Shown: in pieces, positions 46,251 through 64,000 of the stretch
Position numbering within the stretch: the first letter of the stretch is position 1
How the letters are laid out: each line of letters starts with the position of its first letter
Assembly (NCBI GenBank): GCA_964016885.1
Contig: OZ024741.1
Coordinates: 31,744,001-31,808,000 of the forward strand
Length of the DNA: 64,000 nucleotides
Source: Eledone cirrhosa
Lineage: Eukaryota
Reading direction: 5' to 3'
Translations under genes and position numbers: made by a program
The notes under the pieces: model-generated
Told to the model about the DNA's origin: nothing
What the model saw: only the letters and a program-made list of their open reading frames with translations
The model's database searches: none

Positions 46251-46634
46251 TAATGCTCCGATGAATCCAAATGAGAATTTGAAAGAAACGATTGTCAGCT
46301 ATTAAATGATTTGAACACAACTTTGATAATTGTATAATTTATTTATTTTCCTGCTCTCTAAAACAGCTGATGTTCATACATTGAGCTATTTCTCTTACTG
46401 GTAATAAGGTAATAGGAAATTACTGACTTTCCTGATTATGGTTGTTTATACTATATACATAACTATAAAGCGAGAAACGTTCTGAGGCATTGGATTTTTA
46501 CCTCTAATTCTCTCATGGCCTTTATACTTTATATATCGATCTGTTTTGAAACACCCACACAAACACTCCCCCTAATATATATATAATCTGTTATTTTAAT
46601 AAATATATATAAATATATATATATATGTATATTT

Positions 46635-46718
<84 letters not shown>

Positions 46719-47250
46719 GGAGAGAGAGAGAGAGCGAGAGAGAGGGAGAGAGGTGAGAAAGAGATTGCGTACTCCACATCTAGTATAAGCGAAGTGTTTC
46801 TCACTGAAACTCTTTGTAAGTCTTAAATGAAGAAATCAAATCGAAAGAATACATTTCTCATACACCATATAAAGAAAATATTTGTACCTCAGAATCCGTT
46901 CACTTTATAAGGGGGTATGAAAAGGAAATATCCTTGTCAATTTTGAACAGATGCAAGTTGTTGACCTTTGATTGGATAAAAACCGAGTCCAATAGATACA
47001 TGTGCAAAAAGAGCTGATTAACACACGCATGCCCATGCAAACACATGTACATGTCCGTTGACTGCCTTAAGCTAAACGCAAACAAATCTACAGTAAACTA
47101 ACTCTATCCATGAATTGGTGTATAAAACCTACACACAAGCCTACCAAGCAGACACATAGCACACAATACATAACGTAAAACAAATGTCACTCTTTTAAAC
47201 CATACTCAAACTCTCCCAGTATAACAACAACGAAACCTACACCAGTTATT

Positions 47251-49726
<2,476 letters not shown>

Positions 49727-49730
<4 letters not shown>

Positions 49731-52223
49731 CATTTATTCCAATTTCTAATTTCTGCCGGACCGGCAACCGCTCTTTCAAACCAGTTCCTGTACACAGCTA
49801 AGTATTCTATAAGTCTCTAGCTGTGTCATTCTCGATAAAAGCACTGGATATGTAGTCCTGATGATTTCTAACGAGAATGAAACGCGTAGATTACTTCCCT
49901 TGCTTTTATCGAGAATCTAATTGTAATACGTGACGTATTCTATTCTATAGCGATTAGGTCTTCAAAATGTTTATTATAAACATACAGAATATTTTTGAAT
50001 ATTCTATGTCTATATTCACATATATATCGCTATTTCAGAGCATTTATTCCAATTTCTAATTTCTGCCGGACCGGCAACCGCTCTTTCAAACCAGTTCCTG
50101 TACACAGCTAAGTATTCTATAAGTCTCTAGCTGTGTCATTCTCGATAAAAGCACTGGATATGTAGTCCTGATGATTTCTAACGAGAATGAAACGCGTAGA
50201 TTACTTCCCTTGCTTTTATCGAGAATCTAATTGTAATACGTGACGTATTCTATTCTATAGCGATTAGGTCTTCAAAATGTTTATTATAAACATACAGAAT
50301 ATTTTCGAATATTCTATGTCTATATTCACATATATATCGCTATTTCAGAGCATTTATTCCAATTTCTAATTTCTGCCGGACCGGCAACCGCTCTTTCAAA
50401 CCAGTTCCTGTACACAGCTAAGTATTCTATAAGTCTCTAGCTGTGTCATTCTCGATAAAAGCACTGGATATGTAGTCCTGATGATTTCTAACGAGAATGA
50501 AACGCGTAGATTACTTCCCTTGCTTTTATCGAGAATCTAATTGTAATACGTGACGTATTCTATTCTATAGCGATTAGGTCTTCAAAATGTTTATTATAAA
50601 CATACAGAATATTTTCGAATATTCTATGTCTATATTCACATATATATCGCTATTTCAGAGCATTTATTCCAATTTCTAATTTCTGCCGGACCGGCAACCG
50701 CTCTTTCAAACCAGTTCCTGTACACAGCTAAGTATTCTATAAGTCTCTAGCTGTGTCATTCTCGATAAAAGCACTGGATATGTAGTCCTGATGATTTCTA
50801 ACGAGAATGAAACGCGTAGATTACTTCCCTTGCTTTTATCGAGAATCTAATTGTAATACGTGACGTATTCTATTCTATAGCGATTAGGTCTTCAAAATGT
50901 TTATTATAAACATACAGAATATTTTCGAATATTCTATGTCTATATTCACATATATATCGCTATTTCAGAGCATTTATTCCAATTTCTAATTTCTGCCGGA
51001 CCGGCAACCGCTCTTTCAAACCAGTTCCTGTACACAGCTAAGTATTCTATAAGTCTCTAGCTGTGTCATTCTCGATAAAAGCACTGGATATGTAGTCCTG
51101 ATGATTTCTAACGAGAATGAAACGCGTAGATTACTTCCCTTGCTTTTATCGAGAATCTAATTGTAATACGTGACGTATTCTATTCTATAGCGATTAGGTC
51201 TTCAAAATGTTTATTATAAACATACAGAATATTTTCGAATATTCTATGTCTATATTCACATATATATCGCTATTTCAGAGCATTTATTCCAATTTCTAAT
51301 TTCTGCCGGACCGGCAACCGCTCTTTCAAACCAGTTCCTGTACACAGCTAAGTATTCTATAAGTCTCTAGCTGTGTCATTCTCGATAAAAGCACTGGATA
51401 TGTAGTCCTGATGATTTCTAACGAGAATGAAACGCGTAGATTACTTCCCTTGCTTTTATCGAGAATCTAATTGTAATACGTGACGTATTCTATTCTATAG
51501 CGATTAGGTCTTCAAAATGTTTATTATAAACATACAGAATATTTTCGAATATTCTATGTCTATATTCACATATATATCGCTATTTCAGAGCATTTATTCC
51601 AATTTCTAATTTCTGCCGGACCGGCAACCGCTCTTTCAAACCAGTTCCTGTACACAGCTAAGTATTCTATAAGTCTCTAGCTGTGTCATTCTCGATAAAA
51701 GCACTGGATATGTAGTCCTGATGATTTCTAACGAGAATGAAACGCGTAGATTACTTCCCTTGCTTTTATCGAGAATCTAATTGTAATACGTGACGTATTC
51801 TATTCTATAGCGATTAGGTCTTCAAAATGTTTATTATAAACATACAGAATATTTTCGAATATTCTATGTCTATATTCACATATATATCGCTATTTCAGAG
51901 CATTTATTCCAATTTCTAATTTCTGCCGGACCGGCAACCGCTCTTTCAAACCAGTTCCTGTACACAGCTAAGTATTCTATAAGTCTCTAGCTGTGTCATT
52001 CTCGATAAAAGCACTGGATATGTAGTCCTGATGATTTCTAACGAGAATGAAACGCGTAGATTACTTCCCTTGCTTTTATCGAGAATCTAATTGTAATACG
52101 TGACGTATTCTATTCTATAGCGATTAGGTCTTCAAAATGTTTATTATAAACATACAGAATATTTTCGAATATTCTATGTCTATATTCACATATATATCGC
52201 TATTTCAGAGCATTTATTCCAAT
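49727..52223 (+). repeat. Right arm: about 8.05 tandem 310-bp HHR-bearing units, inverted relative to the left arm
   Basis: TGTAGTCCTG recurs at 49851, 50161, 50471, 50781, 51091, 51401, 51711 and 52021. One substitution was noticed (49996). Confidence 0.95.
49828..49916 (+). ncRNA. Minimal type I hammerhead ribozyme (representative of 16 copies)
   Basis: GTAGTC-CTGATGA-TTTCTAACGAGAAT-GAAA-CGCG-TA-GATTAC, with palindromic stem III ACGCGT. Stem I is extended by ATTCTCGATAAAAGCA/TGCTTTTATCGAGAAT. Predicted cleavage after 49888. Confidence 0.88.
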
Positions 52224-52262
52224 ATATATATATATTTATATATATATTATATATATATATAT

Positions 52263-52782
52263 ATAAATGAAAGAATAGAAATTATTGTGAGCATGAAGCC
52301 AACAGTATTTCATAATATATATAAGTGACTATAACGTCAACATGGAAAAATAACTAACGTAAGATGTGGGAAAATAATTCAAACTCAATTAGAATATGTC
52401 AAAAAGGGAATTTAAAAGCAGGCTAGTTCACCTCATGCGTAATTATGAAAATAAATGCACATGGAGAGACATGGTTGGTGATGTCAGAATGAGATGAATG
52501 TATATTTACAAGAAACAGCAGTAAAAAAACATTCCGAAAAAACTCAACAAAGTGTAAGGAGTTCAGCAAAATAGCAATATTATCGCGGTTTAAAAAAAGA
52601 AAAATACTGGGATTAGTCACAAATAATTTTAAGCACTCTAGGAAAAAATTCCGAATATAAATGAAAGAATAGAAATTATTGTGAGCATGAAGCCAACAGT
52701 ATTTCATAATATATAAATGACTATAACGTCAAAATGGAAAAATAATTAACGTAAAATGTGGGAAAATAATTCAAACTCAATT
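52263..52782. repeat. Segment with an approximately 128-bp terminal direct repeat (period about 393)
   Basis: ATAAATGAAAGAATAGAAATT..CAAACTCAATTA at about 52263-52391 and 52657-52783. Confidence 0.8.
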
Positions 52783-53019
52783 AAAAAAAGATCAAGACAT
52801 AGATTTATCCACAGATTTTGTGAAATCCAGGGAAAAATCAATAGAACCTTAACTCTGAATAAAATAAAGTTTAAAATACTCATCCTTCAATTTGGAAAAA
52901 CTACAAATGCTCTATATAGTCTAAAAAGACTATTTCACGAAACTTTCAGTGGGGATGGTCACGGCTGGAGTCGTTCATCAGTAGAGCTCAACACGATAAC
53001 CCTACACCACTGCTAGAAT

Positions 53020-53079
<60 letters not shown>

Positions 53080-53083
53080 AATG

Positions 53084-53156
<73 letters not shown>

Positions 53157-53170
53157 ATATATATATATAT

Positions 53171-53762
53171 TGATTATAAAAGAGAGATAAACACAGATAT
53201 AAACATACATGTGTTCAAATCGTAAGGGACCAGGTTCATTAGGGTGAAAAACATACTAACTATTAACAATATGGTTTGCCAGACTCAATTTAAAATAATA
53301 AATCAAGAAAAGAAATACAAACCTATATTGGGCAATTGCCGGACACCCAGACAGCTTATGGTAGGCTGTTTCGCAATTTTAGCGAAGGGAATTACCAATT
53401 CTTTGCTCATCAATGGGTGTAAAATTTGTAAACTCTTCACTTCTAAGTATTTCAGAAGACTGAATAGAGTGCGAATATAAAATAACGCACATGTCATCAG
53501 AACCTAGCGTGTCTCATAAACTCACGCTACTAAAAATAGCAACCAAGTTTACACGACATTGAAATTAGCTCGAAAAAAGTTGAAGGAACCGACTATATCA
53601 AAGGTATATATTGAGTTAGAAACTCAAAACACTTACAATTAAATAGATCAAAGAAAGAGGTTTTTCTGAGCCGTGTAATATAATTGAATATAAAAGAGAG
53701 ATAAACACAGATATAAACATTCATGTGTTCAAATCGTATGGGACCAGGTTCGGAAGGGTGAA
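53171..53762. repeat. Segment with an approximately 75-bp terminal direct repeat (period about 515)
   Basis: TATAAAAGAGAGATAAACACAGATATAAACAT..GGGACCAGGTTC occurs twice. Confidence 0.75.
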
Positions 53763-54138
53763 CATTTTACGAAACATCCTACTATAAGCTGTCTGTGACG
53801 ATACTTTGGTTCGTGAAGACGTCCCCTGGCAATGAACGGGAAAAAACGGGGATAATGTGGAGCGAGAAGAACAATTTCTTGCAAAGACAAAAACACATTT
53901 ATGGTATAAAAGGAGTCATTAGACTAATATTCTATTTAGCATAACCGAATGATTTCCAGCTCTGGAGTTTGAGAATAATCTAAATAAAATTATTAAACGA
54001 AAATGACAGAGGTTATTAATAAGAGTAAAAGTAAATAATGATGAGAACATTAAAGTATTGTTATGAGATTTAGGCCTGTACATAAGTATGCGCCAACGCA
54101 TACATATACATACGCACATACATATATATATATATATA

Positions 54139-54880
54139 TATCATAAAGTAGGTCCATAGAATCATTTGATAATATATATACACAATTTCTTCTCCCAATT
54201 AGCATAATTAACCATATAAAAAATCAATTAGACCAGACTATAAGATTAAAGGCTCCTATGAAGAAATATTTGATAAATAAACAACAGCAGCCTCTTCGCG
54301 GCCGATCGCAATAGAATATTTACCCAACATTTCAACGGCACGTAGAAATCGACTAAATATACCGTCAACCATACACAATTAGGTACAGAATTAAAGTTAG
54401 AAGAAATGCGTACACTCTTACCATGATGTGTCTCTACCCTCGGGTTTCGTTCGCGTTTTGAGATATCCTATTAAGGATAAAATCTCGAGTTTCGAACTCG
54501 TCAGGAAACAAACTCATAGGACAGGTAATTTTCCAAAGCGATCCGCGCCAGAAACAGATTCAAAATGGCTAAGAATCGTGATGTAGCAGTGGTCAAGTTA
54601 GAAAGAATGTGATTGGTTGCTTACAGCATCTCAACATAATGGGAGATTATTAAATATAAAGATTTACATATACACAAACTAAACAAAGTCACAGTTATAT
54701 ATGTGGCAACCATTCACGATGTGGCTCAATGAAGAATTAATAAATTAAATAATCAGAGCAATATATCATAAAGTATGTCCATAGAATCATTTCATAATAT
54801 ATATACACCATTTCCTCTCCCAATTAGCATAATTAACCACATAAAAAATCAATTAGACCAGGCTATAAGATTAAAGGCTA
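54139..54880 (-). mobile_element. 625-bp unit with an approximately 115-bp terminal redundancy and an internal HHR (54430-54509)
   Basis: TCATAAAGTA..AGATTAAAGGCT at 54141 and 54766. The minus strand reads GTTTC-CTGACGA-GTTCG..CGAAC-GAAACCCGAGGGTA-GAGAC. Confidence 0.7.
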
Positions 54881-54894
54881 TATGTATATATATG

Positions 54895-55186
54895 AAAAAT
54901 AAAAATGGCGTAGACATTACAATACAATACAATAGGAGGGAACACAATAGTACCACTGGTGATGTTGCAGATGTGCAACGAAAGAACTTTATTAGACTAT
55001 ATATACATATATTTATATCATATCTGTATTCTTAATCGTTGGTCAATTAATGATAAACGTTGATTGCCAAATAAATTAACTATGGAGATATAAAAGATAC
55101 AGAAACGAAAACCAACCAAACAGTGTGTTCTGTTATTATTTCAGGCAATATTATTACAACAATATGACCCTCCCCAAGTATAACAG
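54895..55186 (+). mobile_element. pLTR fragment, same family as 57660-57938
   Basis: AAAAATGGCGTAGA..CTGGTGATGTTGCAGATGTGCAACGAAAGAACTT..AGTATAAC, followed by (TA)n. Confidence 0.7.
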
Positions 55187-55187
55187 T

Positions 55188-55253
<66 letters not shown>

Positions 55254-55254
<1 letters not shown>

Positions 55255-55618
55255 GTTTTAATATAGATGAGATTCTACAGGACTAGAACTGTTTTATTCT
55301 TTAGAAATCATCAGGAATCTGGGTATCAAAAAATAAGTATGGTATTTATAGGTCTCTTAGCTTTGAAGAATTAGCTTTTGATGAATTCCCTTTTCTATCA
55401 ACCAATGACCGACACCCATCCCACTCCCTACCCTCTCTTACCACCTGAAGAGACCTATAAATACCATACTTATTTTTTGATACCCAGATTCCTGATGATT
55501 TCTAAAGAATGAAACAGTTCTAGTCCTGTAGAATCTCATCTATATTAAAACTTGTATACTCTGCAATGTATTGAGTACCTTACTTACTGTGGTTACCTCC
55601 GACTCAACCCGGAATAAC

Positions 55619-55619
<1 letters not shown>
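55254..55619. mobile_element. Inverted pLTR remnant with a complete HHR (+) at 55486-55536
   Basis: Arms 55254-55358 and 55448-55551, tail to 55619. HHR: AGATTC-CTGATGA-TTTCTAAAGAAT-GAAACAG..CTGTA-GAATCT. Confidence 0.85.
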
Positions 55620-55672
<53 letters not shown>

Positions 55673-55733
55673 ACTGTCTATATTGAATAGATATAAGAAA
55701 CAGATAGTAACTTTTGAAACAACCTGTATATGG

Positions 55734-55773
<40 letters not shown>

Positions 55774-55861
55774 TAAAGATTTGTATTATTAAACAATATC
55801 AAGCATCGGTGAAATAATCCTTCGTTTTTTCATATATATATATATAAATATATATATATAT

Positions 55862-56295
55862 ATGAAAAAAGGAAGAATTATTTCACTGTTGCTTGATATT
55901 CTTTGATAATACAAATCTTTACAATAAGTTGTTATCGATATTAGTTCTGGTATGACCTTGTTAACTTCTGTGGAGAACTTCAAATCCTTGTTAAGTCTCT
56001 GGGGAACTTTCTCGATTTCGGTGCGATATTGAAACTGGTCTTTTATTTTATGTTGAAGATGTATACATACATATCTTCTCCATCTATATACAAGAAAGTT
56101 CCCCAGAGAGTTAACAAGGAGTTAAAGTTCTCCACAGAAGTTAACAAGGACTTTCCAGAACTAATATCAATAACGACTTATTGTAAAGATTTGTATTATT
56201 AAAGAACATTAACTATTACTGAAATATTTCTTCCCTTTTTTCAAATGTACCCTACCTTACATTACCAAGTAATTCTCTCTATTTTCTACTGTAAA
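55862..56295. repeat. Diverged fold-back element (about 150-bp arms, one-sided tail)
   Basis: 55862-56012 resembles the reverse complement of 56092-56243. A third partial copy lies at 55773-55832. No HHR recognised. Confidence 0.7.
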
Positions 56296-56310
56296 TATAT
56301 ATATATATAT

Positions 56311-57463
<1,153 letters not shown>

Positions 57464-57469
57464 ATACAG

Positions 57470-59470
<2,001 letters not shown>

Positions 59471-59627
59471 TGCTATATGATCGGTTAGTTACTCTACTAC
59501 ACCTAACTCAGCCGATCATATAGCACTTAGTAATTTGCTAATATGCAAATCAGGCCGATAAGTCACTGTGTATTTTTGAAAATAGCATATATTTTCACTA
59601 GCTCTGACAGTTTGGCAGGTGAACAGT

Positions 59628-59677
59628 GAGTTGTACTGATGAAGGGTTACACCCAGAAACATTAGTGTCTGCAGTTC
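59628..59677 (+). ncRNA. Type I hammerhead ribozyme motif
   Basis: GAGTTGTA-CTGATGA-AGGGTTACACCCA-GAAAC-ATTAGT-GTC-TGCAGTTC. Confidence 0.75.
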
Positions 59678-59724
59678 TGTTAGCATACCAAATTGCAAAC
59701 GAATTGAATGTTATTATTAATATT

Positions 59725-60113
59725 CGGTGGTGGATTGGCAGTATCGGTAGAGGGTCGGACGCCATGCTTTCCAGCATAGTTACGTCCTTTTACGATCTGA
59801 GTTCAAATCCCGCCGAGGTTGACTTTGCCTTTCATCCTTACGGGGTCGATAAAATAAAGTACCAGTAATGCACTGGGTAATTGCTGGCCTTGTGCCTAAA
59901 GTAGAAACAATTATTAATATTCGGTGGATTGGCAGTATTGGTAGAGGGTCGGACGCCATGCTTTGACGCATAGAGTTACGGCCCTTGCCATTCTGAGATC
60001 AAATCCCACCGAGGTTAACTTTGCCTTTCATCCTTACGGGGTCGATAAAATAAAGAACCAGTAATACACTCGGTATTTGCTGGCCTTGTGCCTAACGTAG
60101 AAACAATTATTAA
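59725..60113 (+). mobile_element. Two tandem tRNA-derived SINEs
   Basis: Two full copies, separated and flanked by ATTATTAATATTCG. Confidence 0.9.
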
Positions 60114-60141
60114 TATTCGAAATCTCACATTACATACATAC

Positions 60142-60273
<132 letters not shown>

Positions 60274-60576
60274 GTTTGCAAAATTTTATTTCTATTTTTA
60301 TTCTCATATTTTATTCTCATTTTTATTTTTATTATTTTTTATATTATTTTTTAAAAATATTTTCTTATATTATCATCACTTTATTGTTATCTTTATTTTA
60401 TCCTTACCTCTAGACTCTACTCTTTACGTTTTATCTCTTATCTTTAATTTCCTTATCTTTTATTTTTCCTTATCTCTAATTATTGTAACAGATTTTGGTC
60501 TTATATGTATCGGCTTCTAGCGGTGACGCGTCGTCCAAGCACCCCATTCTTCTTAGTCCTCTGTGCTACATATGCA

Positions 60577-60811
60577 TCGTTCTTGTGATATAGGTCGGTG
60601 GAGTTTATACGATTGATCTAAATCCTCTTTGTAATGCATGTGGAGTCCTGCAATTATGCAAGGACGAAACACAAAGAGCGCTTACATCATCAATAAATAT
60701 TTGTTTGCTGATAGTGTTTCGTCCTTGCATAATTGCAGGGCTCATCAGGCGTTACAAAGAGGGATTAGATCAATAGTATAAATCCTAACGACCTATATCA
60801 CAAGAACGATC
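60577..60811. repeat. Inverted repeat (about 95-bp arms) containing HHR-like halves
   Basis: 60577-60671 resembles the reverse complement of 60712-60811. The minus strand reads CTGATGA-GCCCTGCAATTATGCAAGGAC-GAAACAC. Confidence 0.7.
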
Positions 60812-63800
60812 CAACAACAGCAATAACAACATCAGCACCAATAAAACAACAGCAGCAGCAATAACAACAACAGCAGCAATAACAACACCAACAGCAGCAA
60901 TAACAACATCAACAAAAACAACAGCAACAATAACAACACCAAGAGCAGCAATAACAACACCAACAGCAGCAATAACAACATCAACAATAACAACAGCAAC
61001 AATAACAACAACAACAGCAACAATAATAACAACAACAGCAGCAATAACAACAACAACAGCAGCAATAACAACAAAACAGCAGAAATAACAACACCAACAC
61101 CAGCAATAACAACACCAACATCAGCAATAACAACAACAACAGCAACAATAACAACAACATTAGGCACAGTAACAACATCAACAGCAGCAATAACAACAAT
61201 AACAGCAGCAATAACAACAACAACAGCAACAATAAAAAAGACAACAGCAACAATAACAACATCAACAGCAGCAATAACAACAGCAATAGCAACAATAACA
61301 ACAACAACAGCAACCATAACAACAACAGCAGCAGCAATAACAACAACAACAGCAGCAGCAATAACAACAACTCAGTAACAATAACAACAACACAGCAGCA
61401 ATAACATCAACAGCAGCAATAACAACAACAGCAGCAATAACAACAACAACAGCAGCAATAACAACAATGGCAGCAGCAATAACAACGCAACAGCAACAAT
61501 ATCAACAGCAACAGCAATAACAACATCAACAGCAATACCAGCAACCACAGCAACAATAACAACAACAGCAGCAATAACAACATCAACAGCAGCAATAACA
61601 ACAACAACAGCAACAATAACAACAACACCAGCAGCAATAACCACAACAACAACAACAGCAACAATAACATCAACCTCAGCATCAATAACAACAACAACAG
61701 CAAAAATAAAAACGATCTTAGCAACAATAACAACATCAACAGCAGCAATAAAAACAACAGCACCAATAAAAACAAGAGAAGCAGCAATAACAACAACAAC
61801 AGCAACAATAACAACATCAACAGCAGCAATAACAACACCAACAGCAGCGATAACAAGAGCAACAGCAACAATAACAACAACAGCAACAGCAACAATAACA
61901 ACAACAACAGCAGCAATAACAACATCAACAGTAGCAATAACAACAACAACAGCAGCAAAACCAACAACAACAGCAACAATAACAACAACAAGATCAACAA
62001 TAACAACAACAACAGCAACAATAACAACAACAACAGCAACAATAACACCAACAACAGCAATAATAACTACATCAGCAACAATAACAACAACAACAGCAGC
62101 AATAACAACAACAACAGCAACAATAACAACAACAACAACAACAGAAGCAATAACAACATCGACAGCAGCAATACCAACAGCAACAGCAATAACAACATCA
62201 ACAGCAATAACAATAACAACAGCAACAATAACAACAACAGCAGCAATAACAACAACAATAACAACATAAACTGCAACAATAACAACAATAACAGCAACAA
62301 TTACAACATCTACAGCAAACATAAAAACAATAACAGCAGCAATAACACAGCAGCAATAACAACAGCAGCAATAACAACATCAACAGCAACAATAACAACA
62401 TCAACATCAACAATAACAAAAACAACAGCAACAATAACAACAACAGCAGCAACACTAACAACGTCAATAGTAACAATAACAACAACAACAGCAACAATAA
62501 CAAAATCAACAGTAACAATAACAACAACAGCAACAATAACAACATCAAAAGCAACAATAACAACAACAACAGCAACAATAACAACAACAACAGCAACAAT
62601 AACAACAACAACAGCAACAATAACAACAACAACAACAAGAGCAATATCAAAATCAACAGCAACAATAACAACAACAACAGCACCAATAACAACAACAACA
62701 ACAAAATAACAAGAACAACAACAGCAACAATAACAACAACAACAGCAGCAATAACAACATCAGCAGCAACAATAACAACATCAACAGCAGCAATATCAAC
62801 ATCAACAGCAACAATAACAACTACAACAGTAACAATAAAAACAACGATAGCAACAATAACAATAACAATAACAACAACAACAATAACAACAATAAGAGCA
62901 ACAACAACAGCAACAATAACAATAAAAACAGCAACAATGACATCATCAACAGCAACAATAACAACATGAACAACAACAATATCAACAACATCAGCAGCAA
63001 TAAAAACAACACCAGCAACAATAACAAAAATAACAGCAACAATAACAACAACAACAACAACAGCAACAATAACAACAACAACCGCAATAATAACAACAAC
63101 ATCAGCAACAATAACAACATCAAAAGCAACAATAACAACAATAAATGCATCAATAACAAAAACAACAGCAACAATAACAATATCAACAGCAGCAATAACA
63201 AAAACAACATCAGCAATAATAACATCAACAGCAATAATAACAACAATAAGAACAACAATAACAACATCAACAGCAACAATAACAACAATAAGAGCAACAA
63301 TAACAACAACAACAGCAATAATAACAACAATAACAGCAACAATAACAACACGACAGCAACAATAACAACAACAACAACAGCAACAATAACAACATCAACA
63401 GCAACAATAACAACAACAACTGCAGCAATAACAACAAAAACAGCAACAAAAACAACAATAACAGCAACAATAACAACAACAACAGCAACCATAACAAAAA
63501 AACAGCAACAATAACAACAGCAACAATAACAATATCAACACCAACAATAACAACGATAACAGCAACAATAACAACATCAACAGCAGCAATAACAACAATA
63601 GCAGCAACAATAACAACGACAAAAGCAGCAATAACAACAGCAACAATAACAACAACAACAGCAACAATAACGACAACAACAATAACAATAACAACAATAG
63701 CAGCAACAATAACAACAACAACAGCAACAATAACAATAAAAACAGCAACAATAACAACATCAACAGCAACAATAACAACAATAACAGGAACAATAACAAC

Positions 63801-64000
63801 ATCAACAGCAGCAATCACAACAATAGCAGCAACAATAACAACAACAACAGCAGCAATAACAACAGCAACAATAACAACAACAACGGCAACAATAACAACA
63901 ATAACAGCAGCAATAACAGCAACAACAGCAACAATAACAATAACAACAACAACAATAACAACAATAACAGCAACAATAACAAAAATAACAGCAACAATAA
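60812..64000. repeat. Degenerate (AAC/AAT/AGC)n trinucleotide satellite
   Basis: More than 3 kb of ACAGCAACAATAACAACA variants with phase shifts, running off the window end. Confidence 0.95.

Noticed and set aside
49731-50040. Internal Pol III promoter in the 310-bp unit
   Set aside because: Only partial B-box look-alikes (TTTCAAACC, TTCGAAT) and no convincing A box.
60832-63997. Poly-Val/Leu/Asn/Thr ORFs as membrane or mucin-like proteins
   Set aside because: Translations of a trinucleotide satellite with frequent phase shifts, open on both strands.

Overview
AT-rich, microsatellite-dense animal DNA, most likely cephalopod/octopus-like (inferred from the SINE families and repeat landscape). 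No host gene could be supported, apart from one possible 72-nt exon. Most ORFs in the track are (TA)n/(CA)n/(GA)n/(AAC)n artefacts. The real content is retroelements: a decayed CR1/L2-type LINE, an RTE 3' end, R4/Dong-like remnants, a young 5'-truncated Tx1/L1-clade LINE with a 15-bp TSD (30508-35138), about 17 tRNA-derived SINE copies and fragments, and many Penelope-like element (PLE) pieces. The PLE pieces comprise one Neptune-type RT+GIY-YIG ORF, four Naiad-type GIY-YIG fragments and many pLTR scraps with hammerhead ribozymes (HHRs). The highlight is a 4.9-kb palindrome at 47349-52223. It is built from about 16 near-identical, non-coding, highly structured 310-bp units, each with a minimal type I HHR: 8 on the minus strand and 8 on the plus strand, joined at a 4-nt microhomology and inserted in (TA)n. 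About a dozen other insertions share this '3'-ends-out, one arm with an extra tail' architecture. This suggests a retrozyme/circular-RNA array copied by rolling-circle reverse transcription and integrated by PLE machinery. All ribozyme calls and alignments were made by eye and are not computed.
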